NCBI GenBank assembly: GCA_023213395.1
Contig: CM041465.1
Coordinates: forward strand, 236,661,741 to 236,725,740
From: Cycas panzhihuaensis
Lineage: Eukaryota; Plantae; Cycadophyta
Direction of reading: 5' to 3'
Length of the DNA stretch: 64,000 nucleotides
Shown here piece after piece: positions 40,130 to 54,335 of this stretch (positions are counted from its first letter, which is position 1; each line of letters opens with the position of its first letter). Both the position numbers and the translations under genes were made by a program. A model generated the notes under the pieces. That model ran no database searches, was not told the DNA's origin, and worked only from the letters and a program-made list of their open reading frames with translations.

Positions 40130-40372
40130 AGTCCTTGCTATTGTAGTTTGCTTAGACATTTTATCAAACACTTTGTGAGTATCCTTTACATAGTTATCAC
40201 AAAAATCATTTGATTGAAACTACCAAATTGGCATATGCCAGGAGAATGCAAGCAAAGGTGAACTCATTAAGTAGAACACCAATTTGCTACAAATGTTAAC
40301 ACAATCTCAAGTGAAGGAAGTGGCATTCATGCCATTTTTTGCACAAAAAAGAAAAGTACTATTATAAATGGC
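40130..40372 (-). pseudogene. PLS-class pentatricopeptide repeat (PPR) gene fragment
   Basis: Minus-strand QIGVLLNEFTFACILLAYANL (~40222-40285) and VKDTHKVFDKMSKQ (~40148-40190), resembling the PPR consensus GV.PNEFTF..IL.ACA.L and DARKVFDKMP.R. Confidence 0.65.
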
Positions 40373-40400
40373 AATAAGGAGGGTAAATTATTTATGCTTC

Positions 40401-43400
40401 TATTTCCCAGCTACCAGGGATGGACATGGGTGATATCTCGTAGGTAGGCATAGGTATATATCTCTATCCCTTGCCCTTGTTTACTTTAAGACGTGATGAG
40501 ATGTTTAGTAGATACATTCTATGTGACAGCATTGCATGCATGGTTGAGATGCTTGGTTTGCCTGCCCTTTCTTATGCTTGTGACTATGATCCATCCTATG
40601 ATGACTCAAGACCAATGTCATATAGCACCACATAGCCCCTCATAACACCTCCTTAGCATCCTAAGGTACTCATAGACCCTTATAGACTACTTTTGTTTAC
40701 TATTGGCATTATACATGATACCTAACACCTTATTTTAGGCCAAATCATCCTTGCATATGCTATTTATCCCTCATTGAAGCCTTTATCATTATACTTTTTA
40801 GATTTGGAGAGGTCCCACTAATGCCTAGACATCTTCTAAATGCCTTACCAGTCTAGCACATTGCTTTATTGTGCCTTAGGATCCTTGTTTTGGGGTTCCT
40901 TAGGCCTTTATTTTATTTCCCCTATGTTTTATTTGCACCGCCTTCATGTTTATGGTACCGCGGCAAACTTCGTGGTACCATAAAGTTTATTGTGGGGTGA
41001 CTGTTTATCAAAATTTATTGCCTAACAATGGCAAGTTTTGCATTTATTATGGAATTAACATGTGGAGGGACACTATTTTCCACCTAGAGTGAACCCTAAT
41101 CACTTGATAAACCTAATTTGGGCACAAACACCTAATTTTGAATGTATTCTACCTCTCTTAGCTCACTTATGAAAGGAAAAATGCCTCTCACCTATATTTT
41201 CTGGTCTCTCCTTCCATCCTTCTCTTCTCTTAGGGTAAAACCCTAGAACATAGGTTTATACCATCTCTTCTCCAGTAGGTATTCCTTCTAAGGTGCTCAC
41301 TCTAGCAGCTATAATAGGTTTTGTAAGGTTTTCACTCTCATTTTTGCCTCCAAGAGGAGCCCTTCTCCACCTAGCAAGAGGGATCCTCATCCTTTCATTA
41401 ATGCATGAGGTAAAATCCATCTCATTTTAGTTTTTAGTGGCTATTTCAGGTTTATTTCCTACTATTCTTCCTTTTGGAAAATATATTTGGTGAATATTTC
41501 CATTTACTTGCATGCTTTGCATACACCTCCATCTCTTTTGGCCATCTAAAGGAAGGCAAACCCTTCCTTCCTCCTTGTTTGTACCTGAATATCTCTTGGG
41601 TTCTTCTTAGGATACAAATAGGTGGATTATGGGAGCCCTTTTAGAGGGAGAAGAAGAGTCCATGACTTGGGTTTTGACCCTCACAACCATATCCTCCATA
41701 GCAACTCCCTACCTCTCTTAGCTTTCCTATGTTGTATCTATCTTGTACACAAAGAAACTCCTTGGGTGAGGGCCTTTACTAGGCATAGCATTTATAGCCC
41801 CTTGTAACTAGCTCTTATATACATCATTTGGTAGTAGGTTTCCTTGTGTATCCTACCATTTCATGAGATTTCCATTCCCCTTGCACATCTTGCAAAAGTT
41901 GCAACATTTGCACTTTTTGCAGCTTTTACATATTTTTTTTTATTCTTATAAGTTGCATCATTTCCTTCATATGCTTGTAGTTATAAACCCTCTTCTAAAT
42001 TATTTCTTGGAGTACCCGAGCACATAGGAGGTGTCTTGTTTGGGAGAGCTATCCATTATGAGGGTCTCCTTTCTCTCACCTTCAAAACCCCCCCTTTTTC
42101 CCCCAAATATTACTTGGAAACACTTAAGCATATATATAGTGGGAAGGTTAAAGGTATATTATTTTTTTTCTTTGAAATATTAATCAAGTTTGGATTTCTT
42201 TTGATAAGTATATATACACATACATACATCCATATGCATATGTATATGTATACTACTACTTGTTAAAAGGGTTTATCCACAAGGCAACTCCACTTACTTT
42301 GAGCAAGCAAGTATCGTGTTTACATTTACATTTACTTTTCTTTGAAGTTCTTCATTATTTTTGGTAATACATTCTGGGGAAGGTAAGGAAGCCCCATCTA
42401 CAATTCCATCCATAACGCCAACCATGCCTTGGAGTGCAAGGTGACCGAAAAAAGGAAGACAATGAAGGGAAGAAGACATACTTTATTAACTGACTTATTT
42501 CCAGGTGCACCTCTTGTAACCTTCTTCTCCTTCCTTGTCCTCTTCCTCCCCCCTTTATCAAAAAGGAAAATTGGTTACAATCACTTGTTTTGCTTGGCTA
42601 CATTCATTTCAAAAGGAAAGTGAAAAGGAAAGTCATTTATATTTGCTTTCTTGACCATTGTATTGGTGTGCATTGACCTTGCTCTCCTTTTTCCTTTTAC
42701 ATGAGCATGAGAAAAGATAATCTAGGCTAGTGTATCTCTCACTTCTTTCCTAAAACGAAAGTGATAGAAACGGTTCTCTTTCCTTTACCACGTCCTCTTC
42801 TTGCATCTACTTTGCATACACAAGGGTAGGAACAAGAAAGGGAACTTGGGCTTTTGGTAGTCATCTTCCTTTCATGCATCATTAAGGAAAGTTACATAAG
42901 CCATCCATAATTTTCTCCTTTACTCCTCTTTTCTTCTTTTATTTAATTCTTCTTCTTTCGTTGATAAAGATAAAAGAGAGAGAGAGTAAAGAGAGAGGAG
43001 AATAGAGTGTATTTTATTTTTACATTTGCTTAGTATTGATATTTACATCTTTATACCACCTTTAAACAAGAACCAAGATACTATCCAAACCCTCAATCTA
43101 CTTAGTCCACTTGTTTTGTTTTATCTAAACTCTAGAGGCTTTCTTTTAGGTAATCCTTAGCGAGATACTCTATTAGTCTTTTTCTTTTTTGGATTTGGTT
43201 CTCACATAGCAAACTCCTCTCATATTCTTCAACCTACCATTTCTCTCTTATTCCATAGGCCCCTTTCCTACTAGGGCTTGCCTCTTCTTTTCCCCTTCTT
43301 CTAGGAAGAGAGCTTTTATCCTCCATTTCCTTCCTTCACCCATTGGGATAGGAAAGTCATTCCTTAGGCTACTTGACAAATCAAGGATGCCCTTGTCTAA

Positions 43401-43597
43401 CTTGAATCTAAGAAGGTACCTACTGAAAGGGAGAGTCTTGTGTTCTATTTATGGGTCTCTAAACCTGTGTTTTGATGCATAGATGCCTTTTGTGGGTGAC
43501 CTATCCCTTTCCTCTCAAGGACCTTTAAGATGCTGGCATAGTAATAGTATAGGCTTAATATCCTTGTGCTTAGTGACCCCCCAGAGGTGTGTTTCCA
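40401..43597 (+). repeat. 5' LTR of element C (3197 bp)
   Basis: Aligns with 63090-64000 and with both solo LTRs; ends TTTCCA before the PBS. The first dinucleotide has mutated to TA. Confidence 0.88.
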
Positions 43598-45039
43598 CTG
43601 GTGACCATGCTGGTGACCTACTAGTAAAGGAATCATTCTGATTTCCTTTGGGTTAGCATTGCCTTTCTCTTTTGGAATCCCTTCTTGATTCATTGGGCAA
43701 CCCCCAACATCCTTTACTCTGCTTATCTCTCTTTCTTCTAGAGTTTTAGGAGGAACTTGAATGTGATGATTCTCTTATTGCTTATGAGGTCTTCCTCCTT
43801 CTTTGGAAGAGTCACCTTATTCTCCCCTTCCCTTGTTTAATTCTAAATTATCTAAAGAGGGATTCTCTTCAAAATGGGCTTATCACGCCTATATTTCTTA
43901 GCTCAACAACAACCTTCAACCTCTTTCCAGGATCCCACCTAAGAGGGCAATGATCCCATCTTCTATTTAGGGAATCAAGAGCACCCAAGTCTCCATCATC
44001 TTCCCATGAATGATGTGGAGGATTCTTCTCCAATGGGATATCACCACCTTAGTGAGAGTGCCTATGAGGATGGCCTTATGGGTCTACTTTATTTGAGGAA
44101 CCCTCTACCTCATATGAATAAGTAGGAACCCCTCTCATGGATGTAGTGGAAGCATTACACTAGTGCTTCCAAGTTACACATCTCCAACTACCCCCAAAGT
44201 GGTTGGAGAGCATCTTGCATAGCGTGGGGCCCTCCTCTTCCTTATCCTCACCTCCTTACTCTTCCCATTCCACTTTGATATCTATAACAAGGCCATCCCT
44301 TATTATTTCTTCCAGTGTGTGTGTCCCCCATATTTTAGGGATGACCTGAGGAATACTCACCTCCCAAATTAGGTTGAGTATACCCCCACCTAGCCAAATA
44401 ACCACAACTCAACCAATTGTGATCCACCCATCTCTTACCCAACCTAAGGGAACCTTGTGTCTCCTTTCCTCTAGTCAAGTGGGACAAAACCCCATGTACT
44501 CTTAAACCCAACCTAGGGATCCTTCTCTTTACATACCCCTAGGATACACTTCCCAACCATGGGGGCATGGAAAGGGAAATCCCCTTCCTATCTATAGGGT
44601 GGACTCCCTCTGCCCATATGGCATTGCACCACCTATAGGTGGTCCATATGGGTGGAATCTGATGCCACACCCATTTACTTCATCTTCATGTATCAAATCA
44701 CATGCAATACCTTTGAAAGGAAGACAAACTCCTCCTCAAGGCTACTTTTCCCAAGTCCCCTTTCAATAAGGGGCATATCCTCAAGGGGGAATGGGTCCCT
44801 CTTACCCATTCACCTCTCTCCTAGTTCCTTCACATCTAGGATTAGTCCCTTCCCATCGAGTGGGAAGGAATTAATATCCCTCTTTCAGTTAGACCCCCTA
44901 AGGAGGATTTTAGTACCCATGCCCACCTCCACCTTCATCTTTCATTGACCCATTGGCTTAATCAAGGGCCCCTCCTTTTGTTGACTATAGGTCAACTCCT
45001 TTCTCCATTAAGGAGTTAAGGACCAACTTACCACCTCAT

Positions 45040-48000
45040 CCCCCTAAGGTACCTAAGTTTGATGGGACCTCTTTGCAAGAACCAACCAAGTATATAAGGA
45101 GTTTCTCTATGGCATGTATTGATTACTGGGCCTATGATCACATCCTAATGAAACTCTTTCCATGTTCCTCATAAGGCAGTGCCCTTAAGTGGTTCTATCA
45201 CCTCCCTACCTATTCGATTTATTTATTCCAATAGATCATAGATAAGTTTGTCAATTATTTTAACATTGCTTATCCCTTTAAAAGTAGAATAAAAGCTTTA
45301 CTATCCATTAAACAAGGTCACAAGGAGATGAATCATGACTTTGTTAGGTGCTTTCATGATCTCCTTTACTTCATAAAGGCCACATTGACTGAGGAGCTAA
45401 AGAAGGATCTCTTTATGAATGTCCTCTATCCTGAGGTACATATTGAGGTCCTCAAAATAAAGGCAAAAACATGTGACTCTGCCATAGCCAAGTGTTTGAC
45501 TCTTGAGGTTATTGAGATCTAAGAGGGTCTAAAGAAACCTCTTAAATTGTCACAACAATGCGAGGCACCCCCTTCGTCTCATGACATAAAACCCCAACAA
45601 CCCCAAAAGTCTTCGACCTACTCAACGGAGAAGACTTTAGATCCCTTGACCTCTGCCATACATTCTTTTGAATGTATGATGAAGGATCTTAAGATCCAAG
45701 CTCCTCCCCTATCACTAAACTCTCATAGACCTATTTACTAAGCTTCTAAAGTAGCACTCCTAAGGATGGAAATACCTATTCTTCTCAAACAAGGAAGACT
45801 AAGCCTTCCTTGGAAAAGAAGTGGTGCTCTATCCATGGTGATTGCTTTCATGAGGATTCACAATATAGGGAACAACATCTTAAACCCGCTCCACATCATG
45901 ATTTCTCTCCCAAGCAGGCATCCAAACCCAACCTAGACTAGCCCATCTATAGAGATGCCTTTCCCAAACATGGAGAATGAGATCAACATACCTAACATAA
46001 AGGGAACTGGAATAGGATAAGATCTCCTAACCCTCATCCTATATAAGCTAAGGGGAAGGGGACAAGAAGTTATTCCTCTTCTTCCTATTCTCACCATCGA
46101 ATGCCTTCACCTTCTTGATCTTGAAATATGGGAAAGAGAGTCATCTAAATGCTCAAGACCATGCCCCTATATGCTTTGACTCAGTTTCAAGTAGCTAAAG
46201 AGGCCATAGGTGCCTCTTCCTCTTCTAAACTTGATCCTCCTTTGGATAACCCTCCTTCTGAGATTCCTTCACTCCCTAAGACCATTCCTATTCGCCCAAG
46301 TCACTATGATTTCTAAAGGTTGCTTCCCCAACCAATTAGGAAAAGGAAACCCTTCTCTATCATAGATGAGCTTCATATTATGGTTGTTGGGATGTCCATG
46401 ATGGATTCCTTGAGGAGATTTCCAGAGTAACATGCTCTCCTTTTGGAGACTTTAGGGTTGATAGAGGCATCCATCCATGCTTTGAGAGCTGCCCTAAGTT
46501 AGAAGCCCATCATCTCTTTTGACATTAAAGATCTCCCTGTGACCAGTGAAAGGGAATACCAATGGTATTACCCTTTCACCATATTTATAAACACTCCTAA
46601 GTGTACCCTCTAAAGGACTATTGTAGATAATGGTTCTTCTATTAATGCTATACCTTTACACATCATGTAGGAGTTAGGCATAACAACTCTTAAGCCAGTT
46701 TCATTGCATTGTTAAGGCTATGATAGTAGTGAGAAAATGCCCTTAGGCTTTATTTCCATCCCCCTTACCCTCAAGGAAAAAATCATCCTCACTAACATTG
46801 TGGTCCTTGATGTAGATGTGGACTACAACCTTCTGTTAGGATGTCTATGGCTCGACTAGATGGGAGTTATGTGTTCATCTTATTGGGGATAACTTAAATT
46901 CATCCACGAAGGATGAATGTTGGTTGTTTCTTGAGAGACTACTCCCATTAAATAATCATACCAATCACATAAGGTGGTTCATGATTTAGAAAAAGGCAAC
47001 AAAGGCCAATCCACTCACGCTCCACCTACACAATTGGTATTCTTAACACTTCCTACTCAAAGGAGGGTCCTTCTCCTTCCTCTTCTAACCTCATTTGTTT
47101 TACCCCTATTAGTGTAGGGAGCTATGGGTACCTCACCGTTTTGAGTGACGATGAGTCTGATGGCAAGGACAAGGACATCCCTCATCCCACATCCCTCCCA
47201 AACACACATAGGGAGAATTTATTTCATTCTAAGTCCTAACCTGGAACCTCCCCTATTGATGAGCCTAGTGCTCTTGCTGAGTCACTCACGGTCATTCCCA
47301 TCTCTCATATGACCTCCCACACTACTTTACCATCTACCTTGTCACCCTCCTCAAGTGATAAAGATAGGGACCTCCTATCCCATGACATAGGAGGATGCCC
47401 TTCAACTCTTCTGAAGAGTCCCTTAACTATATCAAGTGGTGGGTTAACTACTATGGGCCCACTGCTCCTTCTACTTCCTATTCCTCATCTTCTCCAAGTA
47501 TAACTATCCATGGGGTAGACTACTTTGAGAATGATAAGGTATTATTAGAGCATTTAGTAGGCTCTACACCCAACTTCCTGCTTGGTCACCATAAGCTTGA
47601 TTACTAGAAGACCCTAGCCCTTGGGTCACCCCTAGCTAACCCAAGTCAACCTAGTTCCTCTTCACCCCTTCTTGTTGACCAAGCCCCTCTCCATTTCGAA
47701 GAGGGGAATGCCATGTGCATGGGGGCAACCAAGGACATGGTCCTCACCCCTAGAAAGGTCATCAAGGTAGGAACCAAATGTTCTCCTAAAGAAATGGAGG
47801 AATATACCCTCCCTTTTCAGGAGTTTTGTGATGTTTTTATATAGGATTAGATTGACATAAAGGGAATAGATCCCTCTATTATCATCCATAATCTTATAAC
47901 CATGCTAGACTCTCAACCCATGCGACAAAAGTAAAACCCCCTTCATCCCAAGCTATATATTGCTATTAATATAGAATTTGAAAAACTCTTAGACACAGGG

Positions 48001-50505
48001 TTGATCGCTTCTATCAATTACCCTAAATGGGTCTCCAATATCATTCCCATTTCTAAGAAGAACAGAATGATCTGGATATACATTGATTTTAGAGATATCA
48101 ATAATGCATGTCCCAAAGATAACTTTCCTTTACCTTTCATCAATTAGATTATCAATTGTACTACTAGATTTGAAGTCATGTCCTTAATGGATGACTTTTT
48201 TAGTTACAACTAAATCCAAATTTCTCCTGAAGACCATCCCAAAGTGGATTTGACTACTCCTTGGGGTACTTTTTCTTATAAAGCAATGCCCTTTGGACTA
48301 AAGAATGCAGGCACCACTTACCAAAGGGTGATGTAATTTAACTTTCATAACCTTATAATTAAAACCCTTGAGGTCTTCATAGATGATATGATGAGTCTCT
48401 CTTGTAAGAGAGCCCATCACCTTAAGGATTTGCGTTCCATCTTCACATAGTGTCACAAATACCACATTAGCTTAAACCTGCTCAAATATATGTTTGTCAT
48501 AACAGTTGGCAAACTCTTGGGTTTTCTTATTTCTAAATAAGGAATCCATAGTAACCTTGATAAGGTCAAGGCCATCCTTAACATGTCTCCACCTAAAATG
48601 TAATGTTAAATCAAGTCATTTTTGGGTAGGTTGGGTTTCTTTAGGCGTTTCTTATTAAACTTTGCCATAAATGCTAAACCCCTTACCAACCTGTTGAAGA
48701 AGGGAGCCCCATTCATTTGGTCTCCTAAGGATCAAGAAGCTTTCAAAGAGTTTAAAAGAACCTTAGCTTCTACTCTGATCTTTATGCACCCTCTCTTCAA
48801 TCATACCTTCATTATTTACACCTCAACCATCAATGAATCCTAAGTTATGCTCATCCAAGAGGATGATTCAGGAATTGAGCGAGTCATCTACTTCATCAGC
48901 CATACACTAGTAACTACTGATCTTAATTACTCTTTTGCTAAAAAGGGATGCCTTGCCTTAGTCCACACAACTAAGAAATTTAGGCATTACTTGCTCAACA
49001 ATACCACTCAAGTGATCATCCAATTCAATCCCTTGAGATACCTCTTAACTTGATTTAATTTGACTGGTAGCATTAGCAAATGGGTCATCCTCCTTCAAGA
49101 GTATGACCTCCGAATCATCAATAGGAAATTGAAGAAGGGAATGGTGGTCACTAAACAACTAGCTGACACACATATTCCTAACTCTTCTAATGTTCCCATT
49201 GATAACTCCTTACCCGACGAGCCTATCTTTTCCATCCAAGACTCATTGCCCCATCTATTAACTAATAGCAAATGGTATGGGGACATTGTACAATATCTTA
49301 CTAAATAGTAGTATCATTATGACCTTAGTGACAAGGTTAGGTCACGAGTTAGAGCTACTATTAGGTAGCATTTCCTCATAAAGGAGGTGTTGTATAAGAG
49401 ATCTTTTGATGAGGTCCTCCTTCACTACATCAACCCTGACGAGGTAAATCAAATACTTCATGAGTGCCATAACAACATTTATAGGGGCCAATCCATGGCC
49501 AAGAGGATCCTCCACATGGGTTATTACTAGCCATCCCTTTTCAAAGATATCCATGCCTATGAATTACATTATCATGGGTGCCAAGAGCACACCAACGTCA
49601 TCCATTCACCTTCCAAGGCCTTTCACTTGATCATCTCTCTATGGCCTTTTTCCCAATGGGGATTAGAACTTATCAGAGCCATAACCCCTCCTTCCTCATT
49701 GCAACATAAGTTCATCTTGACTACGATAAAGTACTTCACTAAATAGGTTGAAGTGGTCACTTTATCTTCAACTATTAGCAAGACCATAGCCACTTTCATC
49801 TCCTAGCATATTATCTATTGATTCATGGTTCCTAACATCCTAATCACAGGTAATGGTACTTCCTTTTATAATAAGGAGATGGATGAGCTTTGTGAGAAAT
49901 TTAAAATATCCCATAAAACCTCTTCTCCTTATTACCCCTAGGCCAATGGATAAATTGAATCTTTTAACAAATTCGTTATCAATATCTTAAAGAAAACTGT
50001 GGCTCAATCCCAAAGGGATTGGCACCTTCAACTTCCTTTTGCTTTATAGGCATATTGTACTTCCATTCGCATAGCTACAAGGATGATCCTATTCTCCCTC
50101 GTGTATGGGACCAAAGTGGTCCTCCCCTTAAAAGTCAAAATTCCCTCTTTACATATTTCTCTTCGAGGTCTCATTGATAAGGAATTCTGCCACCAGGCCT
50201 GCCTCCTTGACCTCGAAGCTTTAGATGACAGATGATTGATGGCATACCAAGAAAACCTTACCTCCAAGGTTAAGCCACAAAGAACGTATAATAAACATCT
50301 TCATCCTTACCCTTTAAATCTTAGGGACCATGTCCTCAAGCTTGAATATCTCCATGATCACTTACCTGAATTTAGGCCTAAATGGGTCGATCCTTTCATT
50401 ATTATCAAGAGCTTCGATAATGGCACCTATAGGATAGTGACTCTATAGGGTCTCAAATTTAAGAATGTTGTTAATGGTAAATTCCTAAAGAAGTTCTATA
50501 TGTGA
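45040..50505 (+). pseudogene. Element C gag-protease-RT-RNase H-integrase (disrupted)
   Basis: VPKFDG and ALKWFYHLP (gag); IVDNGSSINAIP and DYNLLLG (PR); WVSNIIPI, IDFRDINNACPKDNFPLP, MPFGLKNAGTTYQ, VFIDDM (RT); ISKWVILLQEYDL (RH); WPFSQWGL, SSPYYP*ANG, VNGKFLKKFYM* (INT). Confidence 0.95.
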
Positions 50506-51179
50506 CCCTTCCTACTCCTTAGTAGGTTAGGCACACCTCTCTCCTACTCTGAAACAAGCCTAAACTACCACTCTAGGCACATCATCGTTCCTAATAGTCA
50601 CATGTGTGGTGATGGTTTAGAGTAACTCTTTATCCTTTTGACTTTATTAATTGCATTGCATCCTTTGTTTCCCTCCTGAAGGAGACCTCTCCTTTCCTAG
50701 TTGGTTAAGTAAACCTCTATCACTTTCGAGCATGGAGTCACTTCCCAACTAGGGACTTTTGTTGCTTGGGTATCTATATCCCCTTATCATTGCTTCCTTT
50801 ACATATCCATTATGCTCCCTATGATAAACATGCATAGCACCCCCTCCTAGTCTCATACATATCCATCATCAATATACATGGTGATTATGCATACCTACCA
50901 TGAGTGTGGTATCACATGAAAGAAAGCATAAGCATCACCTATATATGATCTAATAACAAAAACCATATATAACAATAAACTAAAACCATCAAAATGCATG
51001 GCAATAAATAATATACTCATCTCTCCAACATTATATAAACAAATAAACTACATAACAAAGCAATAATATCACAAATCCATCATAATATCATCACCATGTG
51101 TTAAATAGGGTATTAATTGGGCTCTATCTGTATATGTACAAATCATATGGTACAAAAAAATCATATGATACATCATCAT

Positions 51180-51937
51180 CTAGGTAATATGCCTCAGGAA
51201 GCTAGAATCCTTACAGGGAGGAGGATAATTATGTGTCTATATATGGTGAAAACTCCTTAGAGGTCCAATGCTTTCCTGCCTAAAACTAATAGTGTATAAT
51301 CTTCTTAGTGTCATGCCCTCAAGGGGTGTCATCCCCTCGTCTGTGGGATCCCTTGCTAGGGAATCATATACCTCCTAGACTCCTACAGTGTTGCTGCGAG
51401 CTCCCTATCTCACTCTCCTTATCCTGAGGCCTCCTCTGGGATATCATCATAGTATGTGACCTACTACATGACAACCTAGTGGCAATCTGCTCCACCAACT
51501 GATTGTATCTAACTTGGATATGATCCCTCTCTCCCTTTGCTCCATGGAGCCTCTCCTCTAGCATGGAAATCTAGATCTTGCTCTTTGCATACCTGCCTAT
51601 TCCTCCTCCTTGGGTCTCCAGTCCTTGAACTTGGTCCTATAGGGTATCTCTCTCAGCTACTAGTTAGTCCCTCTCTGCTTGTAGTCCATCTAGGGTACTC
51701 TACAACTCTCCAACACTTGCTTGGAGCTCCTAGGACTCTGCCACCCATATATCTCTAACTTAAATTAGTGGGGCAAATGTTGTTGTGTGTGGCCTCGCTA
51801 ATCAAGACTCCTCATTAGCCAGGATGGGAGGTTGTCCCTCTACATAAACTTGGGGGAACAACTCTCACATTATCACCTCTAGCAGCCTTGCCATCTCTAC
51901 TCCCCTTATCAAACCATGCATACCATGTGTTAGTCTA

Positions 51938-52032
<95 letters not shown>

Positions 52033-53299
52033 CATTAAAACCTAAATAAAATCATCTAGGGAAGTAACAAATGGTGAAAAGGATGTTTAGTCAAGGTATA
52101 ATCTCACCTCTTGGGATGGTTGGTTCCTTTGCCCAAATGATCACCTCCTATGATATGGCTCCCCCTGCTACTACCTTTATCTCCTTGACCTCTGACACTA
52201 CCTCACCTACCACCTAGGCTACTAGAGTGTCTCCTCCATCCAACCCCTCCTCTTTAGGGACCTTTCTATCTACAATAGCTATTATTGCCTCAGCCTCCAC
52301 CACCATGGCTACCATTACTACTAGGGATTTATTTGTAGCTCCCCCTTTATCTGTTGGTCTTGGTGGTGGCCTAACTCTCCTTACTAGTGCTGATGGACCT
52401 ACCTCATCTCATACATCTCTTAATGGTCCTGCTCTATCCCCTCTATCTCCTACACCATTGTCACTACCCTAATCAGGCTTATTCTCCAACTTTTTACCTT
52501 CATCATCACTCTCCCAGTGGATCGCTTGATAGGGATCTACTATATAGTTTGTAAGGTTCAGTAGATCCAATGATGTTATTTCCACTAATTGTCATACGTG
52601 GACCTAATCCTTAGTCCCTCTAAATCTCATCTACCACCTATGAACCATGGGGACCCTAACTGAGATGGGGTGTGGCCCTCCTGGCAATGCCACCACTCTA
52701 AAGTGGTTAAACAAATAGAGAAACCTCCTCTCCTAGCCACTCGTATATGGTCAAGCTATGTTATTAGGCTGGCTACTATTAAGATGGCCTAGCCAAACCT
52801 CTTTCCAACATTGTATCTCTAGATGGTAGTCATCCAACCTCCTAGAATATCCCTATAATTTTGTTTCTAAGAAATCTAGAATAGAATAAATAGTGTAATG
52901 AGTTTCCTCATATGAGGAACCCTCGATGAACCCATAGTCTAAAATGAGACTTCACACTGATCCCATCTGGCCTATCCTATGAAAAACTTGGTAGCCTCCC
53001 TATGGGCAATGTTTATACTTATCTAGTGATGTTGGCATCCCTCTTGATGGTACATCTAGGATCCTCTTGATATCCTAGGGCATGATAGAAATATCTTACA
53101 CCTGTGGGAGGTGAAATGCATACCTCTGTTAGTCCTAATGAGAGATGATATCTACCAAGAGGCACTAGTCAGATGTATACTAAGGAGTCTTGATGACCTT
53201 CAGGAGTTCATAATATCGTAGGGTCATTCACTCCTGCCAAGTCATCATCTCTATAAAATTCATCATCACCATGCTTATGTTTTTATAGTTATCAACCAT
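51180..53299 (-). pseudogene. Antisense accessory gene: plant mobile domain (PMD, MAIN-like) + acidic linker + coiled coil
   Basis: LVDIISH*D*QRYAFHLPQV*DISIMP*DIKRILDVP (~53050-53160) resembles the PMD motif LVERW..ETHTFHLP.GEMTITL.DV..LLGLP. The downstream coiled-coil-like frame includes ORF 51364-51564. Confidence 0.75.
51941..52030. repeat. Compound microsatellite (TG)15(TA)30
   Basis: Directly visible in the sequence. Confidence 0.95.
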
Positions 53300-54038
53300 G
53301 AGAATAGCCTGCAGATAACTAAAAAACTAGTTAGAGACCCTCTAATCCCCCCTACCATGTGTCATGCTCCCCTCTAGATGGATGATGCTCCATCAGACTA
53401 AGCCAACCCATCCATCGAGACTTCTTTTCTTTTTTCTCCTATCCAACATCTTCCTCGCATCAAAATCTATAGTATCACACATATTGATATGGGACCTATT
53501 AAGAAAATTCTATTTTCTTGGCAGCCCCATTGCAAACTTCACAACACTGTGACATTTGTCGTGGGGTTGTGGATTCCCCTCTAAAAAGGGGGGGTGGCCT
53601 AAAAACTCAAAAACTTTTGTCTAAAGTGGACCAAACGCAACCCACTAGTACCAGGGCTACCTAATGCCCTCGTCCTCCCCTTCCCTAGGCATTATTCAAG
53701 TTTTAGGGGATCCTAATCACACTTATGGGGGCAAAAAATAAACCTTAAAAATGGTAAGAAAGTCATTAAATATAGTTGATAAGATAAAGTAGCTAAGGGA
53801 CGATCCACTTGCTGCATCAGGCCTAATCACTACCATCTCATCTCTATGATCTCAATAGCTATATCTACTCCTCAATGCAATGGTTGAATATCCCACTAGG
53901 TGCTCATGAATACTAGTGTAGCCTTATTACATAGAGGGAAGGGCTCTAGATCTCTTATGAGGCCTATGAAAATTAATCCCATTTTCACCCTTCTCCCATC
54001 TATATATGCAGGGTCCCGCAAGGGCATCTTCTCATTTC

Positions 54039-54335
54039 TGAAAAGGGTTAATATCATAAGGTCATTACATTAGTTGATTATTTCTAAAAAGGGTCTTAAG
54101 TAAACTTTAAATTAGATCATTTAAGTGAAATTTACTTTTATGTACATTATATATAATTTCATTTTGCCTAACTCTAATTCTCCCTCTCTCAATATAAAAG
54201 TAAAAGCTCAATGGAGGAGGCTCATTCTTACCTCCCCATTTTATGAGAGCTAATTTTTTCTCTCAAGTCTCTCTTGCTCCTATGTTTGCATTTATGTTTA
54301 GTGCATAGAAATGAAGGATAAATCCACTCTTTTCA
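54039..54335 (+). repeat. 5' LTR of copia E
   Basis: Roughly 90% identical by eye to 61340-61637. Confidence 0.93.
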
